Source: Octopus sinensis (Eukaryota). From it: a DNA stretch of 64,000 bases. The stretch is from the NCBI RefSeq assembly GCF_006345805.1, contig NC_042997.1, positions 151,652,001 through 151,716,000 on the forward strand. Reading direction: 5' to 3'. Position 1 is the stretch's first letter. Every line of letters begins with the position of its first letter. The notes below the pieces were generated by a model. It was not told where the DNA came from. It saw nothing but the letters and a program-made list of their open reading frames with translations, and ran no database searches. Of this stretch, positions 38,324-53,800 are shown piece after piece. The position numbers were made by a program, and so were the translations under genes.

Positions 38324-41300
38324 TTCTAAAACATATTTACTATTCATATAAGTATTGTCTGCACGTTACTTTTATAGGCTAGAGTACGATTCACGTACTC
38401 TCATGTAAGTTGCGTAGCGTTATCTATGTATCATACAGTCATTCGAAATTTTAATGGATAAAGCAAATAAAAAAATGCAGCGTCCATGGAACTTTGCAAA
38501 ACTTCCTCTGAGTTTGCACGGAAGAACTTATTATCACGCCGGATAACTGGCCTGAAAACAACAGGGAGGACTCCGCTAAGGACGACCTAGGTAGAAAGAG
38601 GTGGTGGTGTTAAACGGCCAGCATATTAAATCTACTACCCACAACGACGAAAAGCCCCTCCATTTTTACTGCCTACCAGATTTCCTGTAACTACGAGTCA
38701 AATCAATCACAAGGATTAGGTTGACTGGAGTATAGAACAGAGGACACTTATTTGTTACCAAGCAGCAACATCGAAGCTGAAACCGGGTGGTTGCAAAGAG
38801 AACTTCTTAACTACAGGTGATATGAGCTTGCGCTCTTATTATTCAGAAGATTCAATAAATGGCAACAAAATAGTGAGTATCTCAGCAATTTATATAAATC
38901 GATAATACGAATTATATTGCCTAACATTTCGCACAATGGAGTAGTGTGTTCACATAATGGACAGACCTGCTGTACGCTCAGTGATATCCTGGACCTCGTT
39001 CAGAAAAGAGTCCCTCAGTAGACTGACATCCTATCATTAACAAATTCAATATGGTCTCATCAATATGCTGTCTCACCAATCTGTCTTTTTTGTTGCTATA
39101 TAATGGTTTTTGCTACATGAAGTTGACTTGTCTATCTTCATAACTTTGGTGTTCCTGTATCATTCGACATTCTACTTCTCATCACATTTCGTGCGACTTT
39201 CCTTCTATTAACCACTATAGCGGAACCTTCATTCCTAGAATATCTGTTCCCTGATATCTCCTTATACAAATCTTGTCAGCAGGAGGTGAGCTAGAATTTA
39301 AACAGAACGTTAACGGAAACTATTTCGTCTTCAATGTCTCGAAGGGTCTGCAAGGTTATGGGCGCTGCTTCTTTCTGCAGACTAATCAAAGGAAGAAAAG
39401 GAATAAAAAAAAAAGAAGATATAAGTGTCTGTACGTATTTTTCTTTTTAAATCCCATGAATATGCGTAAAGGTGCCTCTATGTTATTGATCGACCTGCCA
39501 AATATAACATCTGAATTTCTCTCAAATGAAACCTCAGTGATTTAATATAAAAAGGATGACTTATTGAACAATGCAGTTCGAGATAGTTATATCTAGAAAA
39601 TAAAAGACATGTTCATGACTTGAATGGCTTCCTTCATAGGTATGCTTGAATATGGTAGCTGGCGTGAAATGAGCAAAAACAACGATGATTCAATGTTGTT
39701 GCTATTGACACTTGTCAACAGGGGTAACCCCAAAATCTCTGGATTGATTATTGATTTTTCATTGGATTTAGTTATTGCCTTGAGAGTAGTTTTAAATATC
39801 AAATATTGCAGAAATAAATTTTTAAATAAAATCAGACAATGTCCTTAAGTTGTCGGTAGACGTTCTTTCAATGAAAGGAGATGCAGTCTGTCGTTTTAAT
39901 ATTACGTTTAAATTAGAACCATCTCGATAGCTGACATAGGAAACAGGTCACCTAGACGTTTTCTTTTAACAACTTCTTGCCTTAGAAATACTATCAATTT
40001 TCTCAGCAAAGAGAAAAGTATACTTTATTGAAACAGAAAGCTAATAAAAGTTACCATTTCATAAATCAAATGAAACCTCTTTCTTCGTAAAGCCCACAAA
40101 AGTGCTAAATTTAGTATCTCCGGTTAAAGAACTTCTGAGAAAAATCAAAATTCAATAGTTACTGTAATGTGTATAATAATTTCTTTTTAATGTCTGTATA
40201 AGAAATATGAACGAATATAATATATTTAATATGTTAGCCATAACTGTTACTTTAGTCAATTAATATTCAGCACTTTTTCTTTATTTCTTGGATATCGAAA
40301 TCGAGTTGTCAACGCATTTAAGTTTCTGAAAGGCTTCTTTCAAACTTGAGAAAATTTTAGAAATTCTAAAGAATTATTTCTCCGAGTTAGAAAACGAAAT
40401 TATGACAATAAAACCTAGTTGGTGTATTATTTTTCATTATATTACTTTCCTGTAAGTTAATATTTTCTTTACTTTCAACATTAATATTTTAGTTCTTGCT
40501 TTCATCATCTTACACTTATTCAGTTGAAATGTAACCTAATCAGTGGCTCCCGACTCAGTGGTCCTGTGAATATCATCGGCGCAGCTAACCATCTCTCGAA
40601 TAAATATAATTGAAAAAAGAAAAAATAGGCTTTGGAGTTTATCACTACTTGTGTGTGCCTGTGTTGCGGGGAACTGCATTCAATTTTAAATATTTCTACA
40701 CCACAATGTATAGGAAACATATGTATCATATTTTGAGAACATGAATGTCTACTTGAATTAAGCAGTTGTCTTCTCATGAGCTTAACAATACAATTTGATG
40801 CTGTATTCAGCCTCAGTATCTAACAAGCATTTCTCGGTAAAGTGCCGATAAATATAAGCTATTGATTTTAGTAGAATAAACCTCAGATGTTATCATGTTC
40901 TGCGACACTAACAACCTTTTAGATACAGACACAAAATCAGTTTCTGGCATTCAAGAGATATCTATAGACTGTATTTACAATACTCATCAGCTTAAAGAAA
41001 ACGGGTATAAGTTAATTGTCATAAAAATAAACATCTAAGCTTTGATGTAAGCCCTAGGTCAGACCAAATAAAGAAAACCTATAACGAAATGCCTTTTAGC
41101 TGATGTCTACGCATGGTTCGTATATCTAAAATAAAATTATTAATAAGATATATATATTATGATATTACTCGCACACACACACACGCACAGAATCTGTGTC
41201 TCTCACACATATATTCGCTTACGTACGAACTAATAAATTCTCTACATTTGTACGAAAGGCTATTTTCACGTAAGACTTTTCAAACTGCTCGTTCAAATTA

Positions 41301-41818
41301 AAATATTGTTTAGCAGCACAAAATACAGAGACCAATATAATAAAGAATATTAAATAACGCAGACGAAAGGAAAACTGAACATAGAACAGGTGCATGTGTT
41401 AAATAAATATTGATCGATGATTTGGGCAGCCACATGCGTATAAACAGATAAAATAGCCTTCATTAGTAAGTTACGAAGGGAATATTTGTTTTAAAATGAC
41501 ATTTTATATAAAAATGAAAAGTGCTGATGCTTACAGTATGGTGATTCGTAAATAGTGTTCCACTGGTTGCATACAGAAAATTATATTCAACCAACGACGT
41601 GCGTATTCAGTTAAATGTCACCATTTTCATTTGGTCGCCAACTGGCTGTATGCAGAAATTTATATTCAGCATACGCGTCTGATTGAATTTAACAACGCAC
41701 GCAAATGCTATTTACATTATTCGCAACACAATTCGTGGGTAAACTTGAACAGGAAGCCGAAAACATAGTATCTTCGTAAGTTCGTAAGATAGTTCAGGCA
41801 TAATCAAATATTTAAAGT

Positions 41819-41819
<1 letters not shown>

Positions 41820-41866
<47 letters not shown>

Positions 41867-41873
41867 CATACTC

Positions 41874-41923
<50 letters not shown>

Positions 41924-42001
41924 ACACATGAGTATGTATATATATATATACATATACATACTCATGTGTATATATACATATATATATACACATATTCATA
42001 T

Positions 42002-42038
<37 letters not shown>

Positions 42039-42080
42039 TTATTTATATGCATATATACACATATTCATATATATATATAT
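41820..42080. repeat. Compound (TA)n/(CATA) microsatellite
   Basis: Seen directly. Confidence 0.9.
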
Positions 42081-42468
42081 ACGTCTACTATTCTTTTTTT
42101 AATACAATTAACTACTGTTCATAAATATTAACATTGACACATTTCTGTCATTTGATCGTAGCCATGTCTTTAATGATTATAGCTGAAGAAATCAACCCCA
42201 TGACTTATTCTTTGTAAGACTAGTACTTATTCTGTCGGCCTCGTTGCTGGGCCTCTAAGTTTTGGGGACATAAACACACCAACATCGGTTGTCAAGTGAT
42301 GGTGGAGAAACAAATGCTGACACAAAGACACACAAACACACGCACAAATATACACATACGGGTATATATATACGGTCACTTCTCAAGCAGTATTACTGAA
42401 TCTTTAGATTGCGGAAGCAATTCTTAAGCTCATGTTATTTCAAAATTCTGAAAATATATGCATTAGAG

Positions 42469-42817
42469 CAGTGGTTCTCAACCGGGGTCCATAAGGCCCT
42501 GAGGGTCCATATAAGATTTGTGGGGTGCATGCAATAAAATAATAAATTGGGGATCCACAATAGTATTTTAAGAATCCCTAAAGAAATTTTGCTTTAGATG
42601 TATGTTTTCGTATGTATTCCAAGAAGCAGATGCGTTTCTTTCTGTAACAGTTTTCATAAATGCAGCCTACACAAGTTAATGTGGGAAAAATAAAATAGAA
42701 ATTTTGAAAGAAGTTTCTATAAAACTAGTTTTTAAACATCGCATGGCTATGGAGATCCAACAGAATAAAATAGTAATCAAAGGTGCCTATAGGTAAAAAA
42801 ATGGTTGAGGGCCTCTG
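42469..42817. mobile_element. hAT (Charlie-like) MITE
   Basis: cagtggttctcaacc..ggttgagggcctctg; 8-bp TSD cattagag/cagtagag. Confidence 0.8.
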
Positions 42818-44218
42818 CAGTAGAGTACGTCTTCGAGATCTCTCTGTATAATGATTTTTCTGTATTATAATTTCTGTATGAGTTTTCTTGCTTCCTAATA
42901 TAATAAAATACATTATTTTGTTCAATTGATTTAGTAGTAAGCTTAGGTAGATTACTACTTTTTATTTTCAAATATGATAGCAATGTTATGCGCACTTTTA
43001 ATGTGATATAATTAATTATACTGGCTCTACTACTCAACTGGTCTTTATTTTTACAGCCAAGAACGAATGAAGAGTACACTTGACTTTAGTGAAATTTGAA
43101 TTGTAAATGTAAAATTTTAACTGCAAGCTTTTCGTCAAACACTCTACTACATCTACCTGCAACTTCCATAACAAAAATTATACTATATCACGATATTATA
43201 TTCCAAATGTGTTTCTAGTGTAATATAATATTCCTGCATGTTTCTCTGAATCATTAAAATAAAGGCTACATCCATTGAATCATCCTTATGCTCTTTTCAT
43301 CTGTAGTGAGTTCGATTTAGTGAACATTATTATTATTATTATCAAAATGATTACGATGATCATCATCATCATTTTCAATACCATTATAGTCATTTGTCTT
43401 CTTTTTAACTTGTGTTTTGTATAAATATCATATCCTGCAGCGAAAGGCAACAGCAACAAGAACTAGAATAAAACTATAATAAAACAATGCAAGTATGTCC
43501 TCTTCGTCATACTCATTATCACCAACATCATCATCATCATCATCATCAACATTCTCATCATCATCATCGTTGTCGTAATCAACGTCATCATCAAATTCAA
43601 TAATGCAACAAGAGAGAACGACCGTTATAAAAACATTGATATATATATATATATATATAAAAAAAAAGGCAAAACAATATGGAAACAAAAGAAAAACGAT
43701 AAATACAGCAATAACAAGAAATACATCAACGACAGTTTCAACATCACCCAGTGGTGGTTTTGTAAGTCACCAGCAGTGTTTTAAAGTAATAAAATAAATA
43801 TTTAAACAGGTTAATAAAAAAAAAAAATAGACACACTGACAAATTGCATAAACAAAAATGAACCATAGAAATGCCGAATACATTGCCAATACTTTGAAAT
43901 AGCAGCTCAGGATTGGATTACCCATTCATTTTTAAGCGGTTATCCTTCGATAATATGACGGAATCCTCGGGGGTTCAACCACGTTTATCTTCTAGCAAAT
44001 ATTTGCCATGGATGTTTATAAATGTTTTATTTAGCTATCGGGGTTTGAATTTTACAGTTTTTTGACAAAGAAAAAAAACAAAACAAAAAAGATTTAAAGC
44101 GAGTCGTATCTATCCTCTTTGTTGTTTTGTTTTTATTATATAGTCAGATGACTGTCATCGTAGTCAGCTTCATCTTCCTTATCGGTTGTATCACCATCAT
44201 CATCAGCAGCAGCAGCAG

Positions 44219-44393
44219 CTTCTTCTTCTTCTTCTTCTTCTTCTTCTTCTTCTTCTTCTTCTTCTTCTTCTTCTTCTTCTTCTTCTTCTTCTTCTTCTTC
44301 TTCTTCTTCTTCTTCTTCTTCTTCTTCTTCTTCTTCTTCTTCTTCTTCTTCTTCTTCTTCTTCTTCTTCTTCTTCTTCTTCTTCTTCTTCTTC
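44219..44393 (+). repeat. (TTC)n microsatellite within a (CAT/CAG)-rich tract
   Basis: Seen directly; explains the poly-E/K/F/L ORFs. Confidence 0.95.
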
Positions 44394-45989
44394 GACAGCA
44401 TCATCATCATCATCATCATTGTTACCGTCACCATCATCGCCGTCGTCATCATCATCATCACCATCATCACCATTATCATCAATATCACAATGATCGCTAT
44501 TCGTACACAGCCTCACTTTCATCGTCTTCATCGTGTTCTGCGGTTGTGGCACCAGTGACAGAATGCTCGGAATCGATAAAGCCGTCATCATCAATGTCGT
44601 AATCATATCTAGATGCACACCAATACTGATGCATCTACCTAGTTACATCAAGTACACAAATGCAGATATACTAAAACCTAGACTGGATCTCACACAATCT
44701 TAAACACTATAGGAAACGATGAAGCAATATATCAGACGCTATCACTGCACCAGATTCAGTAATTTATGCGTTTTACTTTATGCAACACGTGCATTACAAA
44801 CAGTATTAAAGTACTGACCATCTAGAATGACCTAAACAGATGAAATATTATATTGTATATCCATCGTTTCAGTATGAGCTGAGGGCAAAGTATAGAAAGC
44901 TAGATTTTCTCTCTAATCGATAAAAACTTTCCTAAAAGATCTGTTATTCAACACAAGCAAGGTTTGGTATATTCAGTTATTTATCTACCATTTCCAGGAT
45001 GTAAGGAAACGTACTATTAAAGTATTATCAGATGCAGATTAAAAGCGCCCAAAACAAAATTACCATAATATAGAAGCTGCTCAGCTACAATGTATATCAG
45101 CCCTCTCTTACTCTTTCTGCTACGTTCTCGATGCACTGCTGGATCAAGTGTTAGGAATCTGAGAGACTATCTATGTTAGCTCTCAAGGATGTAAACATCT
45201 ATAACATTTAGCGATAGCCTGGTACATGTTACCGAACCATACACATTCGGGATAAAGTATAAGGTAATGTCATAAGAGATATTGGCATCTGTATTAATAT
45301 AAAGTCCGACAACATTTTTACCAGCTTTATTGGATTAACAGCTATATATTTAAACCTTGAATTACGATTCTTTATTAAAACACGACAATGTTCTTCCAAA
45401 ATAAATCTCGGCAACGCTAGATAAGGCTAATAAAATCCATATTTATTACTTCGTCTAAAATCGTGCTTGTGTATCCTCAATGAAACAATGTAATCTTTGC
45501 ATGCAAGACTTAATTTACATAATCCCAGACCCAAACGTTGAACCTGAAGGTCAAATACGTTTATGGAGTCCGGCATGAGCGCGTAGTCATCGCTAGTTGT
45601 TTACTTTCGTAGTGAAATATTTAACACAACAGGAATTATTATACTACAGTTGCAGGGATATCGTCGAATAACTGCATCATTAGAATCTAGGTGTAGTGTT
45701 TATGGAATCATGGGCAATACATTAAATTTACATAGGAACACACTCACGCACGCACACACACGTACGCACATACTCACTCACATCCATATATACATATATC
45801 CATACTTATAAAAGACTGATGGAGAAAAAGCGATATGGGAAAAAGGGTACGCTTGATTCATAATACTATATAATAAATATATATTCTATTGGATATATTG
45901 ATCTCTACTTTAGATATAACGTTACTGTGCACTAAATATTTTCAATAATACTGCAATATCTACATACCAAAAGGGAACATGTATATATG

Positions 45990-46275
<286 letters not shown>

Positions 46276-48349
46276 TATGTATGTGTAATGGTGTTCTGAT
46301 TCCATACAATATTTACGAATTAAACATGACCATATATTCTGTCCATGGAAATTTACAATTTACAATATTCATCACATTTTGCATTGCACATTATACTGAT
46401 GTTTGCAGATTTTTTTTTTATTTCCCGAATTCAGTGTGTTTATTTATTTATGTATTTATTTCTTTAATGTGTTTTGGGCAAATCAATCTTTAAGCATATT
46501 GTATCTTTCCTAACATTCTGTGAATAGTGTTACATAGATTAGAGTGAAATGTAAATAAATGCGTAGATTTCGATAACATATCCGAAAATGTCAATATACC
46601 CTCTTAACTATACGAAACTCAGAGCTGCTGTATAGAAACTGAATACGGATTTATACAATTCAACAATTATTATAAGTTCTATTTCAAGAGGAAAGGAATA
46701 ACAATGAGACCAATAGGAAATGTTAAAGTTCAGTATCCTTTAGAAATATGTATCATAACAAAGGCGAATTATTTCTTTTATATATGCTGACTTCAACATT
46801 TTGAAAATAGATAAATAATATCACACACATACATATGTATGTATGTGTGTTGGTGTGTGTGTGTGTGTGTGTGTGTGTGTATTTAAAATCGGACATACAC
46901 AAATGTATATATACATATATTGTGTCATTCTGTTACTGCTTTCTGTTATTGCATTGCGTTCATGCCAGGCAATGCCCAAAGGAGATATAGTGAATTATAT
47001 GGACCTAGTAAACTCACTGTTACTTTTAACAAGTACATAAGTAGGAAAGGCAAAATCAACCAGTTGTAAAGAGTTGCGACCTGTCCAGCTTACATATGAT
47101 AGTCCAAAGAATTAGACAAAGAAGCGCACATGCACCCCGCTTGCCTTTAGGCAAATATATAAGCGAAATGGTTAGAGAAATAGGTTGAAAGCTGAATTTT
47201 TTTTTTACCGTAATCTTTGAAAATACAGTCGAATACTGCATGTCTCAACAGTAGAATGGACTTTATCTTCAATTCTTCTTTTCTCCTTCCTCTTTAGTTT
47301 TCATCAAAACTGACAACAATAATAATTTTTATCAGAAATTTTCTGCGAAGTTAAAATATAATGCAAATGTAGGACTGTTGCACATGTACAGGCAGTGATG
47401 CACGTAATATTGAAACACATATTGTGTCTACATATAGAGAGATTTATTGAATATAAAACCTACATAGAGATATAAAAACACACATAAATACATACACACA
47501 CAAAAACACTCACTCATACACACACACTCACAATCACTTATATATGCACGTATACATACGTGTATATAAACACAGATGAGAAAGAAGCATCGGTATATGA
47601 CAAATGTTTATGTGCGTTTTTACATAATTTATTTTCATGAAAAATTAATATATATATATGCCATAGATCTGGGATTTTTTGCTTATATCTACTGATACTC
47701 TAGCTTCTAGTCAACTCACTTGCTTCCGAAATACCTTAATCTCATCAACAAGTCGGATTTTAAGAATTTAAAACATACAAGCTTTAAACTAGTGCCCACC
47801 TATTGTTGTGCAAGTATCCTCGTACTGAATATAAATGCACACACAAACATATAAAATTGAATGTGCGTATGTACTTTTATGTGTGTGTGGGTATGTATAA
47901 AAGTGAAAGGAGAAACAAAAGTGACACAACATATTTGGTAGGAATTACTTTTACAAATTAATAACAATTTGACTCAGCGCTGTTAGACTAATTTCCGTAG
48001 GCTCGTAAGATGAACGTATTTTGTTAAGTATCTAGACAAACTGACTGACGAGAGAGGTACGAGCCGACTGACGAAAGAGGTACGAGCCGACGAAACTGTA
48101 AGTTGCATGGAGTTCAGCTGTTATTAAATCATGTGTGTGTTATTTTTGTCGAGTACACTTCCTACTCTGAGTTTCATTGCGAACGGAACCTTCAGACAAG
48201 TTACAATTTCAGGCAACTTGCTTGATGATCCTGGGCTGCCAAAGGAGAAAGAGAGAGTAACAAAAGACTGACTCGATCCAAATAAAAATACCTTTTTAGT
48301 CTCTACTATCATCACTAAGCACACGCACGCACACACACACGTGTATATC

Positions 48350-48436
48350 TACGTATATATATATATATATATATGTATATGTAATATATATATATATATA
48401 TTATATATATATATATAATATATATTATATATATAT

Positions 48437-48471
<35 letters not shown>

Positions 48472-48492
48472 ATATATATATATATGTATATG

Positions 48493-48534
<42 letters not shown>

Positions 48535-48668
48535 GTATATATATATATATGTATATGTATATGTATTATATATATATATATATATATGTATATGTATTTA
48601 TATATATATATATGTATATGTATATATATATATGTATATGTATATATATATATATGTATATGTATATG

Positions 48669-48712
<44 letters not shown>

Positions 48713-48735
48713 TATGTATATGTATGTATGTATGC
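48350..48735. repeat. Compound (TA)n/(TATATG)n microsatellite
   Basis: Seen directly. Confidence 0.9.
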
Positions 48736-49324
48736 ATATGTGTGCGCGCGTGCGCTTGTGCTTACACTACAAAGCAAAGTTTGACAGCTATCTCTAATTT
48801 TCAGCTTAGTAAATGGTATCAGAATGTAGATTAATATGGTTGTTTAACCTTTAAGTATCATCTATTTTCGTTTCACTGTGGCGGGTCATGCAATGGGTGG
48901 ATCAAAAGTTTTCAAGTGTCGTCTGATGAACTTTCAAGTGTCACCTACAAAGTTTGAATTACTATCTGCAATGTATTGGTTAATATTAGCTATATTAGCT
49001 ATTGTAAAATAAAATTATAGAAAATAAATGTTTACTGTTTGCTTCTGATCCAAATGAGGATTCTAGATGTGTGTTATTATATCTAGGCAACATATTGTAT
49101 GATTGATTAAGCATATGCAGCAGGTGGAATTAGCAGTCTGCTTTGAATATATTAAACATCGATTTCAATAACAATGTCTGTAAACATCATTACTTCAATG
49201 TGCCGTGGTCAAATCCTTATAAGTTCAAAATTAATTATTGCGAAGGTAGACGTAACTTGGAACAGCATCCAAAATAAGTGATGTTACAGATGTTAGAGAT
49301 TCAATGATAAAACCGTCAAAGCAT

Positions 49325-49534
49325 GTGTTTTCCGACCTCGTGTGTACCGTTGGCGATTTTTTTTCCTCTGTATTCCCTCCTCGGATCTTTCCTTCTCCTA
49401 TGTTTTCGACGAAGAGCTCCGCTCGAAACGTTAAACCCTCCTTCTTTCCTTCTTTCCAGAGCGTCCAATAATACTATATTTGTTCCACGTCCTCGCGTTG
49501 TTGTGTTTTTTTGTGCTTTCTTGTTTGGATTAAC

Positions 49535-49537
<3 letters not shown>
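49325..49537 (+). mobile_element. Penelope pLTR-like short repeat, degenerate hammerhead at 49402-49436
   Basis: gttt-tcgacga-a-gagc-tcc-gctc-gaaacgtt-aaac; 3' end abuts (TA)n. Confidence 0.6.
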
Positions 49538-49591
<54 letters not shown>

Positions 49592-50339
49592 GAAATATGT
49601 TACGAAAAGAAAATATAAAATACACGTGGAAATGTAAGGGTAAAATATGAAAAATCAACGAAAATGCACATTGCAAATAAAAAAGGCTATTTATGACAGG
49701 TAACGACAAATATATACATTTAGACTGACTGAGGTAGTAATACGAGTCATAAAAGTCATTATTATGAGATGATTATAAGATGATAATAAAATAAGAGAAC
49801 GGGTTTAGATCACAGGTGATCTAAATGATTAGGTACACTAGGTAAGTGCTGTAATGGATTACCAGTGCTCCTAGGTTATAGCCGAGATGGTAGTTATAGA
49901 GCCTTGCAGATTTCCGATGCAGCGTATATGTATTGTTTATTGTCCTCTTTAACAATTATATATATATATAATCATATCGAAGGGGAAATGGAAATTAATA
50001 GAAATTTTCACTTCCAATGGCCTAGCATGTAAAAACTTAGTCCAAAAACTATGTATTACTCCTAAAATAGAGTACATTTAAACACATAAGAAATCCACTC
50101 GTGGGATTGAACACGCTAGAAAGAACAGCTAGGTTCTATAACCACAAAATTAGCGAGAAAATGCCGACAGGAACGAAATGCAAAAATAAAAACTTTTACC
50201 ATCTAGTTTCCTGGACCAATTGGTTTCTGATTTTAGTTTAGCAAATATATAATATTGGCTAGGTGAAATCGTCAACAGTGCTCTGAGAACATTGTTTTAA
50301 TGTGCTCTGAGAACACTGCAAAGGTTTTAAGATCTGCAA

Positions 50340-50700
50340 CGGACAACACGAAGCCGTAGTCAGTAGAAAGAGATACAGCAGGCGTTCTGAATTTGTCCGT
50401 ACACTGGAAATTATCCAACTAAAGAACAGGGCCTTGGGTAAAATTCAGTGAAGTAGCTACTGCAGACTAATCAAACCCTAACTGGAGAGGATCGCTGCTA
50501 GAAAACCCGGCTCTTTACTATGTTCCGAAAAAGTCAGAAGTGGTTGACGGAGAATTTATATGATTTAACCCAGTCCCTATCTCTGGCTTCCTAATCCCAT
50601 CGATTGTGATCCCATGGATCTACTCTGCCTGTGACTATTATTCGGGAGCTGTTTTGAGGCCCTAGTGGAAGCTGAGGCCGGCTACTTAGAATAAACCGTT
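50340..50700 (+). pseudogene. Tc1/mariner-superfamily (maT/DD37D-like) transposase relic with internal deletion
   Basis: SEKSQKWLTENLYD and WLPNPIDCDPMD (WPPNSPDxNPxDY-like). Confidence 0.5.
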
Positions 50701-50905
50701 ATCTCCTAGCCATAACGTCGTTGATAGATTTTGATTTAAAAAAAAAATACTTTTTATATAGCCTGTCAAATTTAACCCAAACATCCTTTGTCTTCTACCG
50801 AGTGGAATGTTTTATCTTCAGTAAAAGCTTTGTAGTCAAAGGTAGATATTATTTTATCTTAACATAAATTTTTATTATAAATTTGTAATCGGTAGTCGGT
50901 TGTTT

Positions 50906-51000
<95 letters not shown>

Positions 51001-51327
51001 TTTCTTTGCGAGTTGGTATATACACATCTGACGTACCTCTATTTAGTTATTTGCTTGAATGAAACCAAATAATACCATAAAAGCGACCACTAATTTCATA
51101 CACAAAATATTATTAAACTGAAAGCAACCACCGGTCTCAAGCCACGAAATGTGACCTGTCAGTGACCTTCCATACAATTTTAACTTTCAGCATTTGTATT
51201 CATGGGTAATGAACATAAGTAATGACATTATAAACAAGCAATAATCAAGTATAACCAACAGCGCAGTTTCCAACCGACTACTTCCAACATAAGGAATAGT
51301 AGCATATTTTTTTCTTAACACGTTTAG

Positions 51328-51620
51328 GAAGTTCAGATGCAAATTATGTTGGTCATTGCAGCGTACGTCATAGAATAACTCCTTCCTTTAAAGGCGACTG
51401 TTTAACAAACTTGACTGAGTGGCGGGCGGCATTCTGGGACATCGGTGTTTCAGCATTCTGTGTCTTGTCAGCCTGAATTAAACGGAACTCTGAGCCTAAA
51501 TTTCCTGAATGCCGTTCGCCAGTGAACGAGTTTGTTGAACAGACTGTCGTTGTAAAAGCAAGATGTTGTTTTCCTATGACGTACCCTACAGCTACCAGCA
51601 TATTTTGTGTCTAAACCTTC
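51328..51620. repeat. Old degenerate inverted repeat (~125-bp arms, ~37-bp spacer)
   Basis: Mirrored blocks gtacgtcatag, aacaaact, tggcg and cggcattc. Confidence 0.6.
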
Positions 51621-52084
51621 ATACACATGTTAAAAATAAATATGCTAATATTCGTTATTGGTCTCGTTTTACGCTTGTGAATAATGACACTTTACCTTCA
51701 GCATAATTTTACTGAAAAATCAAGTAAAATGTCTCTACCATCCTTTCCTATGTAAATTCATTGTTTACAATTTTACTTTCCTCCCACCTTACCCAATGCT
51801 CTCTATTTTACCACTACTTACAAATTTTCTCTGCCCACTAAATTAAAATATCTACAAAGACATTTGTTTCCTATCATGGCGTACACAAATACACGACACC
51901 TACTGTGCCGTATTTGTCGTACTAAGATAATGCAGCAGCATTGATGCAATGTAAATTCACATCAAGTTGCAGCCAATTGTATTTTACAATGAAACCGAGA
52001 AAGGGCAACGTAGATCCAACGCTCTCATATCCTAATGTAGCAAATGAGTTATAGATTTTATTGTTTTACATATATAATATGTAT

Positions 52085-52275
52085 AGTGTGAAGGCTGCAG
52101 CTTAGGAGTTAGGGTAATGGACTTGTGATCGCAAGATTGTGGTTTCGATTCCTGAACCGGGCGATGAGTTGTGTTCCTGAGCAAAACACTTTCTTTCACG
52201 TTACTCCATTTCACTCAAATGGGACAAATGAGTAACCATGTGACGGCTCGGCGTCCTGTCCCGTGGTGGAGAGTA
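52085..52275 (-). mobile_element. tRNA-derived SINE (family of 11320)
   Basis: Shares gtgttcctgagcaaaacactttctttcacgttactcc with 11390-11430; strand assignment uncertain. Confidence 0.45.
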
Positions 52276-52405
52276 TATGAAACAGAATCCGAGAAAGCGG
52301 CTTTATGAAAGATCTTCGATCTATTTGATATGTATAGTAATATTTATTGCAAATCACTCTTTTATATGTATATTTTTTATGGCTTAACCTGGAAAGTAGA
52401 GTGAT

Positions 52406-52605
52406 TACTCTTTTACACGTTTCAGTCAATTGACTGCGTCCATGCTGGAGCACCACCTTTAGTCGAACAAATCTACCCCAGGACTTATTCTTTGTAAGCC
52501 TAGTACTTATTCTATCGGTCTATTTTGCCGAAGTTTCGGGAACATAACCACACCAACATCAGCCGTCAAGTGATGATGGGGGGGGGGACAGACACAAACA
52601 CAAAG

Positions 52606-52685
<80 letters not shown>

Positions 52686-52833
52686 ATACGACGGGTTTCT
52701 TTCAGTTTCCGTCAACTAAATCCACTCGCAGGGCTTTTGTCGGCCCTAGGCTATAGTAGAAGACTCTTGCCCAAGGTACCATAGGACTGAACCACGTGGT
52801 TGGGAAGCAAGCTTCTTACTACACATCCACGCC
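52406..52833 (-). mobile_element. Near full-length CORE-type SINE
   Basis: Reverse complement of the 15505 family, with head, microsatellite and tail. Confidence 0.85.
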
Positions 52834-53099
52834 TGAACTTAAGAACTTTTAGGGCCTCAGAGATAGGTGGAAGGAAAGATGTGGTGATCTTCAATCGAAA
52901 GAATACAACGAGGAATAAATCTAAAAGTTGCCTATGAACTATATCATGTCGTATCAGAGATTGGATCGGCCACCAAATAACAGTTTCCAATATTCCAATA
53001 TTCCTGTGGACCTGAGGCACTGGGATTAGTGGGTCGGAATCTGAAACTACTGTGTTTCGAACAAAACTATATCTACACACCAACAACTGCGCCAAAACG

Positions 53100-53800
53100 T
53101 TTATAAAATGGAGCCATGTTTATAGTGGGCAGCATATCTTCGTCAAACATGATATATTTTGTCTTCTTACCATTTATCATTTATCAAGTTTCAGTTTTCA
53201 TATACACTTCGCACCCCATTGATAATCTTCTCGGGAAACTGTTGGATCATAGTATAAGAAATATCGCTCTGTGGTTAATACACTCCAATGCATTCATGAA
53301 ATCAATAAATACCATCACAATAGATTTGCACCATTTTATACTGTTCTCTTAGTGAGCTTAAACAAATGTATTCGGGATGGTTGGAAAGCATTTCCTATTG
53401 TGAGTAAATAGCTGTCAATCACTGATACATATTACAGCTAATAAAATGCTGTTTAAGAATTTGGCAGCATGTTTCATGAATAGGTTGTTCATGTTTTGGC
53501 AGTTTTCTTTGTTTGATAGTAATGACAATAATCGAATACTATTCATCTGGTGCGATACAGCTTTCAGTATTTAATTACAAGCTTTCAGGATGGTTCTTGT
53601 CAGATTTCTTCACCATAATTGACTGCTTCACTGAGCATTGTTATATTTCCATTATAAGTTGCATTTTTTTTTGTTCGGGTGAGCAAGGGTTTTGTTACAT
53701 TTTGCAATTCATAAACCATAGCAGATTCAATGCATATCTTTCGTACTGCCCGAGTAAAGTGTGTATAGTGCACTGTATGAAATGTAGTGGTTACGGATGA
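53100..53800 (-). mobile_element. RTE-like LINE RT relic
   Basis: MVFIDFMNALECINHRAIFLIL (FIDFxKAFDS-like) and NSIRLLSLLS (NYRxISLLS-like); heavily decayed. Confidence 0.45.

Noticed and set aside
39221-39285. 65-nt plus-strand exon candidate (tag|...GAG|gtgagc)
   Set aside because: Splice-like signals alone are common; no phase-compatible partner or homology identified.
48040-48105. CTGACGA...GAAAC within a 23-bp tandem duplication
   Set aside because: Stem II does not close properly and there is no stem I complement; at best a very decayed hammerhead.
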